Shown one piece after another: positions 1-11,574 of a DNA stretch of 64,000 nucleotides. Source of the stretch: Eledone cirrhosa (Eukaryota); assembly GCA_964016885.1 (NCBI GenBank), contig OZ024740.1, forward strand, positions 105,772,001 to 105,836,000, given 5' to 3'. The position numbers and the translations under genes are program-made. The notes below the pieces were generated by a model. The model made no database searches. It worked only from the letters and a program-made list of their open reading frames with translations, and had not been told where the DNA came from. Numbering within the stretch: the first letter of the stretch is position 1; each line of letters starts with the position of its first letter.

Positions 1-229
1 CAAGTGTTTTTTTAGCCTTCATATCATGTTCTCCTGTTTTATCTGATGAAAACACAAATATTATTGTTTGATGATGTTTGTTTTTGAAATGCGCATAATA
101 AAATATATTGAACTCCTTTAACCATCTTTTGATCTTATATTATGCATACTCCAGTCCCACAAACTGTAGAGTGCTTCTTATCCGATATCTGCATTGCTTT
201 ATTGTACTACAATAAAACTCACCTCCTAC

Positions 230-232
<3 letters not shown>
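1..232 (+). mobile_element. PLE pseudo-LTR fragment (family A), ends at (TA)n
   Basis: Closely similar to 26024-26160 (+) and 23773-24005 (-), which flank a GIY-YIG fragment; contains an HHR. Confidence 0.8.
35..105 (+). ncRNA. Type I hammerhead ribozyme (family A)
   Basis: tgttttat-CTGATGA(43-49)-long stem II (aaacacaaata..tgtttgttttt)-GAAA(86-89)-tgcgca (palindromic stem III)-TA-ataaaata. Confidence 0.8.
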
Positions 233-269
<37 letters not shown>

Positions 270-479
270 GATATCCACGGTATGTTGTGAGGTCTAGTCT
301 GCATGAAGAATTCAATGTAATCCGTATGTTGAAAATGTTGTAGGTTAAAATAGATCCCGGAAAACGATAAAACATATGTCAAAAGCAATAAAAATGCTTT
401 TGACAACAGCTGCTGATATGCATGTAAATAAATATTCTCCTTATTTGATATTTTGTAACTAACCTTACATAGATCGATT

Positions 480-1990
480 TTAGGACCCTACTATGAGAGC
501 CACCCGCCACAGCCCAGAGCACTGGGGAGATCAGGCGGCTGTTTGTAGAACAGGATATTGAGCCAGAGCCCTTCACCAGAGAGGAGCTTCAGAGATCCAA
601 GAAGAGGATCAAGGAGGGCAAGGCTCATGGATAAGATGGAGTGGCATCAGAGGTGATGAAGAGGTGTGATTTTGATGATATCATCCTGGGGTTCTTTAAC
701 CAGGCACTGGAGAAAGGAGTTTCCCCGAATCAGTGGAGGATCAGTAACATCGTCCCAGTGCCAAAGAAGGGAGATCTCTCTAACACCAACAACTACAGGG
801 GGATCTCACTGACGGCACTTGTGGCAAAGACCCTCAACAGGATAATTCTTAACAGGATCCAGCCTGAGATGGAGAAGAAGCTCAGGGACAACCAGAATGG
901 CTTCAGAGATGGAAGAACAACCACCAGTCACATCCTGATGCTAAGAGGGATATTAGAGGGCGCTAGAGCAAAGTGCCTTCCTGCGGTCATGGTTTTCATT
1001 GGCTTTAAGAAGGCCTTTGATTCCATGGACCGTCACTGCTTGATGAAGATCTTACAGGCTTATGGAATCCCCAAGAAGATAGTGGACCTGATATCACTGC
1101 TCTACACCAACATCAAAGCCGAAATCATTACACCTGATGGGATGACAGAGTTATTTGAGATACTGGCTGGAGTGCTCCAGGGAGATACATTGGCTCCTTA
1201 TCATCGTAGTGGACTATTGTATGCGCCTTGCACTGCAGAAACACCAGGACTCTGGCTTTACTGTAGCACCGGCTCAGAGCAGGAGAGTTAAGGCGAAAAA
1301 GGTATCAGATGCTGAATTTGCCGACGACATAATTTTGGTGACAAATACAGTGGAGGGGGCAGAGGATTTGATGCAGGAGGTTGAGATTGTGACGATTAGT
1401 GTGGGGCTGAGAATGAATGAGACTAAAACAAAATATCTGGTAGAGAATGTTGAGAAGCCAGAGGGGATCACCAATGTAGGCGGGAAGCCGCTAGAATTGG
1501 TTGAGGACTTCCTGTATTTGGGAGCAAAGATTGGGAATACGGAAGATGCTGTGGTTGAGAGGAAAAGCAAAGCCTGGGCGGCGTGCCACACATTGAGATC
1601 GGTGTGGAAGTCGGACCTTCGTAAAGACCTGAAAATCCGCCTCTTTATTGCTATAGTGGAGTCTGAGACTTAGACACTGACCAAGAAACTTACTCAGCTG
1701 GTGGATGGCTGGTACACGAGAATGCTGAGGATGGCTCTGAACATTAATCAGTATACACTGAGGATGAAAAACTCAGAGCTGTATGGAAGCCTCCCAAAAG
1801 TCAGCTGAAAAGTGGCACAGAGGAGACTGAGGTTAGCAGGACATGCTCACCGACATCCAGAGTTGACATTGCACTCACTACTCCTGTGGGAGCCCCTACA
1901 TGGACGCACTGGAAGAGGAAGACAAAGGTTAACGTATGTTAATGCCCTGTTGGATCGCAGGACATGGCAGCGATAATGAGGGACAGAGAC
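480..1990 (+). pseudogene. RTE-clade non-LTR retrotransposon RT fragment, frameshifted
   Basis: ORFs 641-1291 and 1155-1673: PKKGDL..NYRGISL, QNGFR.GR.T, FKKAFDS, GVLQGDTLAP, FADDI, FLYLG; stops downstream; no 3' tail. Confidence 0.9.
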
Positions 1991-2042
1991 CCCTGGAGAG
2001 AACTCATCCATGGATCTATTACATTCATTTATTATATTTCGA

Positions 2043-2100
2043 ATACCTGATGATATCACCGGATTCATTCGGAACCCGGTCATTGAAATGATCATAGTAT
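2043..2100 (+). ncRNA. Type I hammerhead ribozyme in a pLTR-like segment (~2000-2296)
   Basis: atac-CTGATGA(2047-2053)-stem II (accgg/ccggt)-GAAA(2085-2088)-tgatca-TA-gtat. Confidence 0.8.
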
Positions 2101-2292
2101 AATAAACCTTTCAAGGATTTACACAAATCCAGCCTCCTATCATTTCATTATAATATTTAACTCCGTACTAGCACCACCAACTACAAAAACATAAGACGGT
2201 TGAACTGCTTTACGTTGAGTACTCTCCATATTATTACATTAAGATTGACCATACGGAATTAACCAGATCTATCCAGTGGTGAACCTCAAACC

Positions 2293-2295
<3 letters not shown>

Positions 2296-2376
<81 letters not shown>

Positions 2377-2546
2377 CACACACATATATATATACATATA
2401 TACACACATACACACACACACACACATATACATATACATGTATATATATATATATATACATACACACATATACACATATATACACACACACATATATATA
2501 TATACATACATAGATACACACATATATATATATACAATTATATGTG

Positions 2547-2625
<79 letters not shown>

Positions 2626-2731
2626 TTACATATATATACATATATATATATATATCTATATATATATAAATGAATACACACACACATACGCACATATATA
2701 CACATACATACACACATACACATACATATAT

Positions 2732-2778
<47 letters not shown>

Positions 2779-2837
2779 AGAGTGGGAAATCAAATTTTAT
2801 TTTTTTCCGTTTATACATATATATATATACATATATT

Positions 2838-2872
<35 letters not shown>
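2296..2872. repeat. Compound (TA)n/(CA)n microsatellite
   Basis: Direct reading; source of YIYI/HTHT ORFs. Confidence 0.95.
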
Positions 2873-2879
2873 TGTTATA

Positions 2880-5421
2880 TTTTGGGAGGATCATGTACCC
2901 AATAAGAAACACACGCACCAGTTGCTTTCACTTCAATTTATTATAATAAATTAATAAATTTAGGAATTTCTAAATTTCTGGTTGGTTGGTTGGTTCCACC
3001 ACCAGATAGTTGTTTATATATTTTCAAAGTTCTTTCGTCACACATTCTGTGACCTCTTCAGTGACTGGGGATTTTTTTCTTTGTTTTTGTGCCTCTCCTT
3101 TGTTCTGTCCTACGCCATTTTGTTTCTGTGTGTGTGTTGTGTGCTCAGTCTGCGCATGCGCCACATCCGGGTGTCTGTGTGTGTTTATGTTCATTTATTT
3201 ATTTGTTTATTTACATGTTACTGGTTGGTTGTTTGTTCTATGTGTGTGTGTGTTTTCATTTTGTCCTTAATTGTAAGTTGTGATGTTGCTGTTCCACTCA
3301 TATTTTCTATTTAATTTTGATTGTAATTCTTTTATGTTTATTGCCTCTGTGATTTGTCTAAAAAATTGCGTCTTTTCTGTGTGTAGATTCTATTTGTATT
3401 TCTATGTTCTCTAATTTACCCTTGTGTTCTATTTTAGCATGTTGGTAGAGTACAGATGATTCTTTACTATCTTGAAGGTCTCGCCAGAGCTGTCTCACCT
3501 ATGTACACTATATTTTTGTCTGTACATTGTCCTTCAGTACATCTTATGCTATACACTACATTTCTAGTTTTACAGTTAATATGGGGGCTTATTTTACAGG
3601 TTATACATTTCTTATCTATACATGAGTGTCTTTGAAAAGGGTATGTCTTGCTAATAAGTGTTTTTACGGAGGTACCAGGTCTTTCTACTATCTTAATATT
3701 GAGTTTATGTTTATCTAGGGCCCTTCTAAATTTGTAAGCTAATTCACCTCTAGGGGTTGTATCGATGAACATTACACTCTGGTATTTATTGCTATCATAC
3801 CATGAGTTTATTCTATTAGCCTTGTTCCTAGTTCTTTCTATTCTATTCCAAACTGTGCTCTTATACAAGGGGCAGGTCCCATTTATGTCATTATTTACCA
3901 TTTTTTCCCATTTGATTCTGGCTCCTCTATACACTCTGATTTTATCTCTCTGATTGTAGCCAGAGAACTGCATACGGTGGATGAAGTGTTGTTCGTGTCT
4001 CTCTAGTTCTTCGGGGTTGCACATGCGGGACACGTTTCTCATCACCCGTACCAAATCCGCAATCAGTATGTTGATTTTGGTATGGTCCGAAATGGCCGAG
4101 TTTCGGTGGATCAGATGTTTGGAAGTCATGGGTTTGGCATAATGGGAATGGAGGATTTGTTTTTTGTTATTAATGGTATCTAACCAGAGCTCTGTGTCTA
4201 GTACAGGTAATCGATGGTTGGGGTGTTTACTTGGGTAGTCTATAGTAACTCTAATACTCTGGTGGATAGAGTTAGCTATTTGCTGGATGCTTTCCATTGT
4301 GTTTTTCTCTAGTTCCTGACTGTTCTCTAGTGGGGGTGTCTTAACTACGATGTTTATATCATCAACGTAGCGGGAGTACATTATCAGGGTTAAGGGGTCT
4401 TCTAATTGTTCTTTAAGTTTAAGTTTAAGTCTACTGTCCCACCATACCATGAATAAGTTAGCTATGTCGCCTGCAATGCTAACACCAATGGCTGCTCCTT
4501 TCTCTTGGGCATATGTTTTTCCATTAAATTTGAACATATGTTCCTTAATGGTTAGTTTTATGCTGGCCCCCTACCGCATGTGCAATCATTTTCTTCAGTT
4601 CATCGTGGTTTTCGGGTGTCCGTATGGCTCTGGTCCACCCGTTCGATCTATCTGTGTGGGTTTTCTTGGCCATTGAGGTAATGGTAGGTGGTCTGCCTCT
4701 TGCTGGTCTTGTAGGGCACAGGTTGCTAAGGTCATATGTGTCTAGGTAATTATTACTATAGGTAAGTTTAAGTAGGAGTCCCAGCTCACTGGTATCAATC
4801 CCACGGAACTCAACATTGCTCTCACCGATCATTTCTACGCATTTCTCCACAGCAAAATCCACGTCAATAGATGGATACAGGGACACAACATCCATACTAC
4901 CTATTATGCAGTTTGTTAGGTCCCTAGATCGGTTACTCTCGCCGATTCTGCTGAGGAGGTCCTCCGTGCTGTCACATACATCTGGGGACATTTCAATGAT
5001 GGGGCGTATGATCAGGGAGAGGAAGTAGGACAGTCTGTAGTTACTAGCAATGTTAGCTCCACGGACTGGCAGTGTTGATGTTCCCGCGATAGGGTCACTG
5101 CCCGTTTTATGGTCTTTTCGAAGCCCATACAACGCCGGCACGTCATTGTTCCATGCCTGGAATTTGTTGGCAGTCCTTTTGTTGGGCTGCATTATATTCG
5201 TCCACATCACCATATGGGCATTGAGGGCTTTTTTTCTATCCTCATGCTCCTGTGGTGTTACTTCTCTTGTGTTAGTGATGTGGGGTTGCATTGCCTGGAT
5301 GTAGTTTGGCAGGCTGTCAACCGACATTCTGCCAGACTTGTCTGTTGGAAAGCATGCTATCTCTCCATTACGTGAGCGCTGCATGAGCTGACGCAAGCCA
5401 TTTGCAGATTTTTCTCCCAGT
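2880..5421 (-). mobile_element. Penelope-like element (family D), 5'-truncated, frameshifted RT + GIY-YIG
   Basis: ORFs 4545-5567 (TDKSG, LYGLRKDHK, MDVVSLYPSI) and 3467-4537 (YSRYVDD, LPVLD, C..C..C..C-K.RNVVYSIRC..C..YIGETA). Confidence 0.9.
3024..3064 (-). ncRNA. Minimal hammerhead in 3' pLTR of family D PLE
   Basis: Minus strand tca-CTGAAGA-g-gtcaca gaatg tgtgac-GAAA-gaac-TT-tga; stem I only 3 bp. Confidence 0.65.
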
Positions 5422-5775
5422 TTATACACACAAACATACACATACATGCCCATATGCAGGTACATATGAACGCACGTATACACAACGATACGCATACAAG
5501 CGAACGGCCACTCAAACAAATACATACAAACATGTACCCATAAATATACGCATATACACAGGCACATAAAAACAGCTCTACCAGCTGAAAATGCAGATTG
5601 GTAAGAGGTACTTACATAACTATAGTGCCGTGTTTCAGGTCGAGAAGGGGTAGGGGTAGGGTGGGAAGGAGGTAGAGGAGCTATTTTGTCGGGTGGTGTT
5701 TAAAAAAAATGGGGGGGGGGTCGTTTTTAGCCATCGGGCATTAACACTGGCTTAAGTTATTTGAAAACATTTATG
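5421..5775 (-). mobile_element. 3' fragment of family C PLE fused upstream of the family D RT
   Basis: Reverse complement matches ~42410-42630 (ttaagccagtgttaa..cccgatggctaaaaacgacc..acctgaaa..gtacctctt). Confidence 0.75.
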
Positions 5776-5867
5776 TATGTGTATTTATATTTTTATGTAT
5801 ATGTGTATATATGTGTATATGTGTAGATGTGTTTGTATATGTTTGTATATGTATATATTTATATATA

Positions 5868-5925
<58 letters not shown>

Positions 5926-5961
5926 TTTTTTGAGTATATGTTGGTTGTTTACCGACACCTC

Positions 5962-6242
5962 AGTAATTATGTCAAATATTTAAGATATGGCTTCGTTTAT
6001 TAAAGATGTACTGGTACTCCTATATATATTTCCGTGACAGCCATCATTGGCTGCGACCTCTTCAGGCAGTTCGAATTGCTGTGGTAGAGACAGGTACACT
6101 TTAACAACATGTGTACCTGTCTCTACCACATCAATTCGCACTGCCTGAAGAGGTCACAGCCAGTAATAGTTGTCACCGAAATATATATAGCAGTACATCT
6201 TTAATAAACGAAGCCAAATCTTAAATATTTGACTTAATTACT
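5962..6242. repeat. Fold-back inverted repeat (~135-bp arms, 11-nt loop) of family B pLTR
   Basis: agtaatta..acaggtacac (5962-6099) versus gtgtacctgt..taattact (6111-6242). Confidence 0.9.
6140..6194 (+). ncRNA. Type I hammerhead (family B); antisense copy at 6016-6070
   Basis: actgc-CTGAAGA-ggtcacagcc..agttgtcacc-GAAA-tatata-TA-gcagt. Confidence 0.8.
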
Positions 6243-6332
6243 TCATTTTATATATCTATTTTCTATCCACTGAATTATTTTTGTATAAGTTCCCAGAGTC
6301 CCCGCTTTGCCTGGAAACTTAGCTGAGAATAG

Positions 6333-6414
6333 ACTTCCCTGACGACGAAATGATTCTCTATATTTTCTTCGGAAAGTATATTTATTCCATTTCAGAAACT
6401 AATTAGTTGGGAGT
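6333..6414 (+). ncRNA. Type I hammerhead (family E)
   Basis: acttcc-CTGACGA-(gaaatg..catttc)-GAAA-ctaattag-TT-gggagt; homologous to 27294-27373, which has a compensatory stem II (gcaatg/cattgc). Confidence 0.8.
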
Positions 6415-6459
6415 GAAATTTTAGTAAGTAAGTTAATTTTATAATTTTCTTATTTTACG

Positions 6460-6512
<53 letters not shown>

Positions 6513-6529
6513 GTGGGTGGGGGTGAATT

Positions 6530-7095
6530 TGTCTGTTGACACCTGAAATACAGCTTAAGAGAAACATGACAATAATGATAGGCACCCAATATTTGAACTG
6601 GTTGATAGAATTCTCTTGGCCTTTGTCACTCTAAGTAGAGCTTTAAAGAATTAGCTTTTAAAGAATTTCCCTTTTCTTTAAATCCATCAACCATGACCGA
6701 CCCCCAACCATCTTATAGACACCTGAAATATAGGCATTGTTAGCTTAAGAGAAACTTAAAAATAAGGAGTGGCACCCTAATTTGAACTTGGTTATAGAAT
6801 TCTTTCTGCCTTTGTCACTCTAAATATTAATTATAGCCTTAAAGAATTAGCTTTTAATGAATTCCCCTTTCTGTCAACCAATGACCTCCAATCATCCCAC
6901 TCCCCACCCTCTCCTACCACCTGAAAAGATATAAATACCGCAACAATTATTTTGGACTGCCAGATTCATGATGATTTCTAAAGAATGAAACAGTTCTAGT
7001 TATGTATAATCTCATCTATATTAAAACATTTATACTCTGCTATGTATTGAGTACCTTACTTACTGTGGTTACCTCCGACTCAACCCGGAATAACT
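6530..7095 (+). mobile_element. Family C PLE 3'UTR/pLTR without ORF; HHR degenerate (ATGATGA core)
   Basis: Similar to 44300-44826, same terminus (..ttactgtggttacctccg..caacccggaataac). Confidence 0.8.
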
Positions 7096-7097
7096 TA

Positions 7098-7145
<48 letters not shown>

Positions 7146-7146
<1 letters not shown>

Positions 7147-7246
7147 AGGGTGTCCCCAAAAATTCTATCCACACTTTGATTACCTGAACAGGAAATACTT
7201 ATTAGAATGCTGTTTGAGTGTGCACACATTATTTTTGGACACCCTG
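7146..7246. mobile_element. Tc1/mariner-type MITE (~100 bp)
   Basis: Terminal inverted repeats cagggtgtccccaaaaat / atttttggacaccctg within TA-rich context. Confidence 0.7.
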
Positions 7247-7260
7247 TTTATATACACACA

Positions 7261-7380
<120 letters not shown>

Positions 7381-8142
7381 CGTGTGTGTGCGTGTGTGTG
7401 TTTATGTGTGTGTGTGTGCATGTATGTATGTATATATGCATATCCCACATTCGATCATTCAATTAATCCATTCTTAAGAAACGTAGTTAGCTACATCACG
7501 ACATGGTTTGTACTGGGGAAATTAAATCGTTTATCTGAGAAAGGGCAGTTCAACTGTAGAATGACAAGCAGTAGACCTGATAAATGAATGGATAAACGTT
7601 AGACAGCTTTCAGTTCTGAATTCAGATCAAGAGATTGGATTACAAGGTAGGAAGAAAGCATTAGAAGATTACAAATATATCCAGCGAGGAAAACGCCACA
7701 GCAAATGTTGCAATGACTGCCCAATATATATTTTCATAGAATGCATTTGCACATCTATCAGAAGAGCTGCATTAAGTTGTCACAATTAATTTCCGGCACA
7801 TAAAGTTCCCAATGTGTTAGTGTTCATATATAATAAATAACGTTTGCTGGTGGTCATCAGAGAATGCGCTGAAAGGATAGAAAAAAAGAGATTTAAGTGC
7901 ATGTGTATGTGAAGCAGCAAAATTTGTAAGATCACATCTATTGCTATTTTACAGGTTACAATCAAATGTATAAACGAGATTTAATGAAAAGAAAACAAAC
8001 CACAAAAACACAGAAGAAATAACATTATGACAAAAAGAAATGTAAATTAAATGGAACGCAAAAAACGATTGATAGAACCGGTGAAATAGAGAAAAAAATA
8101 AAGATAGGAAAATACATGCGAAGAGTAATAGTTTCTGATTTA

Positions 8143-8310
8143 GGCACAAAACCAATAATTTTGTGGGGGAGGGGAAAATCGATTAAATCGACCCCAATGG
8201 GTTGCTGGTACTTTATTTTTTCGACACTGTAAGTATGAAGGACGAAGCTAATCTCGGCGCTATTTGATCTCAGAGCGTAATGGGACGTAACTATATGCTA
8301 CATATTATGT
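8143..8310 (-). mobile_element. SINE, Octopus-type tRNA-derived family, partial
   Basis: Reverse complement of the ..gtcgataaaataaagtaccag..ggggtcgatttaatcga.. body also at 10126, 37653, 56617, 63235. Confidence 0.7.
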
Positions 8311-8730
8311 TATATATTATCCAATATTATCCAATAAAACAAGGAAACATGCATTTGGTGGGCATACATACCCATCGCTCCTAGTATTATTCTGAAAAAG
8401 ACGTGCAAAGTTGCATATAATTAGTGCTCGTATTGGTAATTAATTACGACATATATTAAGAGCTGTGCTAGCAGCCGAAGTATATGATATGTGGTTGGAT
8501 GATATACACATCTTCTGGTGAGGATTCAATAAAATCAGAAAATTGATTAATGACGCTTATTGTTTTTGTTTCAATATACAGGGAAATTCATATTTTCTGG
8601 CATGTTTACACGCCTACAAATCAGATATGTGTATATATTTATACACGTTGGCGCAGTCCCGGTTACACACTCTGTATTTATACAGATACAATTGTATCTT
8701 ATACTTCAGCTGCTAGTGCACTTCTTACTT

Positions 8731-8783
<53 letters not shown>

Positions 8784-10125
8784 GGGAAATATAGATAGAT
8801 AGGTGAAGATGGAGATAGACAGAAATATAGATAGATAGATATGTATGTATGTGTGTCTGTGTGTGTGTGTATGTATGTGTGTGTGTATGTATGTATTCAG
8901 AAATTTTATGTAAGCCCATCGAATGGTTTGTAAATTAAAAGTACATACCAGCACGTCACGTTAATTCCACTTAAAAATTGTGGAACATTCAGCGAATTCG
9001 TTCACTAATTCAATCAGTTACTCGTTTGGTTCATTGAACAACTGGACGTTCACAGATTCTTCTGAAATATAGAATCCACCATCATCACACGCTTGCGATG
9101 ATATACCACTCTCCACTTTCATTTACCTACTACTGAAATAACAGTAATATTACTTACGTAAAAGCTGTTATCGCCAGTCTATCAGGTAATATCTCGCAAC
9201 ACATTTCAAACTAATTTTGTTTCAAGCGCCAGGTCTAACGAAAATATTCAACGAAATGTACCTCTTAAGACTAAACAGCTATTAACAAGCTTTTAATTCC
9301 CGACAGCCTCGGTAATTCTATACTTAAAAGAGTGTGGGTAATAATGCCTAATGTAATGCTATTATTTATCCAGTAACAGGTGTTTTACAAGTATTACCCT
9401 GCTGGTGTCATAAATTAAACTTAAAATAAATCTCCGGTTGCAATTATATAAATACATCTGATTGAGAAAAAAAAAACCATCGTCTAATTTACAATTTGCT
9501 TGCTGTAATAATAAGTCTAAAAAACTGAATCTCCCTGATCAATATCATTGAACATGTTCAAATCAATATTAAGCATAATAAAACAGTTGATTTATTAGTT
9601 TTGTTCGTCTTTAACTCTGCCATCTAATACCTTTAGGTGTCACTAGTATAAGTAATAGTCTTATATAATTCCGTCTGTACACAATACTTTATTTAATACT
9701 AGGCATGTATTAAGAAAGCTGGTAGAATGCGAGTAGTAAATGTGATGGTGGGACTAAAAGAGAGACGAATGACAAAATAAAACAATAGTTTTTACTTTAT
9801 ATTTCGTATCTCAAGAACCTCTTTTCAAATGAAACATAAAAGAAAATCAGAGCGCCCTGTTCCTCATTCTTCATCTAACAATTATATATCCTACTCGAAT
9901 TGTGCCGGCTTTCCCAATATATTTTAATTGAATATCCCACAATGCTTCCTGTAAATTATATCCTTTCATAGTTATAAAATTTCTCAACAAATTTTCGGTA
10001 TTTTCACAGCTTGGAATATCAGTATTAAGGCTACGTGTATTACAGCGACTAGTATGTTCTGACCACGTTCAGTCTGTTAAGTAGTTTTGAATGTCGGCTG
10101 GCATTGTTATTATTTCAATTAAGAG

Positions 10126-10330
10126 AGGTGGATTGGCAACATCGGTATAGCTTTGGACAAAATGCTTTGCAGCATTTAGTTACATCCCTTTAATTTCTAA
10201 ATTCAAATCGTGCCAAGGTCAACTTTATCTTTCATCCCTTTCGGGGTCGATAAAACAAACTAGCAGTCATGCACTGGGGTCGATTTATTCCTCTTCCCCG
10301 AATTGTTGGCTCTATGCCCGAACAATTATT
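10126..10330 (+). mobile_element. SINE, Octopus-type tRNA-derived family
   Basis: tRNA-like head with B-box-like ttcaaatc, body tttcatccctttcggggtcgataaa..cactggggtcgattt. Confidence 0.75.
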
Positions 10331-10337
10331 TTCATTT

Positions 10338-10378
<41 letters not shown>

Positions 10379-10588
10379 GTATATGTATATATAAATATAT
10401 ATATATTACATATTAAAATATATATATATATATGTACAGAATAGTGTTAAGGCAGAGTCTACGTTTACATAATTGTTTTATTACATAATACGTCTTTTAA
10501 TGACATGTTGGTTAGTAATCATGCAATGGTTACATCGTCTCGTTACAACGTAGCCTTCATGGATAAACACCCTAATTATCTGCACATA

Positions 10589-10658
<70 letters not shown>

Positions 10659-10753
10659 ATAATAAATGTGAAGACTAAAATTCGAAGAGGGCTCGATAAG
10701 GATAATATATATAAAATTATATATAAAAACCATAGAGAAAATATTTATTAAAA

Positions 10754-10885
10754 TAACAGGTTAAAGTTTAAGCAAATAATCGCTGCTTTCACCCTTAACG
10801 GGATCTTCTGAAACTCAATTCTGAGTTTCAGAAGATCCCGTTAAGGGTGAGAGCAGCGATTATTTGCTTAAACTTTAATCTGTTA
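10754..10885. repeat. Near-perfect palindrome (64-bp arms, 4-nt loop) with a hammerhead-like motif in each arm
   Basis: taacagg..aaactca-attc-tgagttt..ctgtta; agttt-CAGAAGA-tccc gttaa gggt-GA(A/G)A-gca..tgc-TT-aaact. Confidence 0.85.
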
Positions 10886-11065
10886 AACGGAAAAAATGAA
10901 ACGAAATTTCATTTCTCACTCTTAGTACGGCTGTTACTTAAATATAAGTATGTATACGTACATACATATATGTATACAGACGTACAGTAGTATGTATATA
11001 TATATACATACATGCACACATATATATATGTACGTATGGATTCACCGAACATTTATTATAATGCT
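10885..11065 (+). repeat. Dispersed repeat; inverted copy at 40888-41069, short piece at 2778-2812
   Basis: aaacggaaaaaatgaaacgaaatttcattt..cactcttagtacggctgttacttaaatataag; probably a PLE terminus. Confidence 0.7.
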
Positions 11066-11427
11066 ATATGTGTGCATGTATATATATATATATATACATA
11101 CTACTGTACGTCTGTATACATATATGTATGTACGTATACATACTTATATTTAATCTGTTATTTTAATATATAAATATATATCTATATGAGTGTGTGTGGG
11201 GGGCTGCGGTTGTGGTGGGGGCGGTGTGTGTGTGTGTGTGGGGGGGACTTCCATATTTTCCGACGATGTGTGTTCTAGTGGTGCGGATAATAGAACAGCC
11301 AGCTTGTGAAATTAACGTGCAGATAGCTGAACATTCCATACATGCGAGGACACTTAATGTCATATTCAGTACGACACAGTACGGGACAAGTTCAGCTCTT
11401 TGAAATACAAGTATAACTAATGTTTTC

Positions 11428-11550
11428 CAGCTAGGTGGAATAGAGCGATGTGAGATACATTTTGCTTAAGGACGCTATGTGCCGCCATGAATTGATTTCA
11501 CGACCTTATGTTCTTGAACTGAACGCCTTAAAAACTAAGCCACGCACCTT
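11428..11550 (-). mobile_element. tRNA-derived SINE head (same family as 18570)
   Basis: Minus strand aggtgcgtggcttag..ggtcgtgaaatcaattc..gtccttaagcaaaa. Confidence 0.6.
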
Positions 11551-11574
11551 CAGACATGCATATGTACTTATATA

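Noticed and set aside
2234-2954. Long [16 protein letters not shown] ORFs here and throughout (e.g. 26152-26684, 30344-31030, 40114-41003, 42539-44265)
   Set aside because: Stop-free translations of dinucleotide and tetranucleotide microsatellites.
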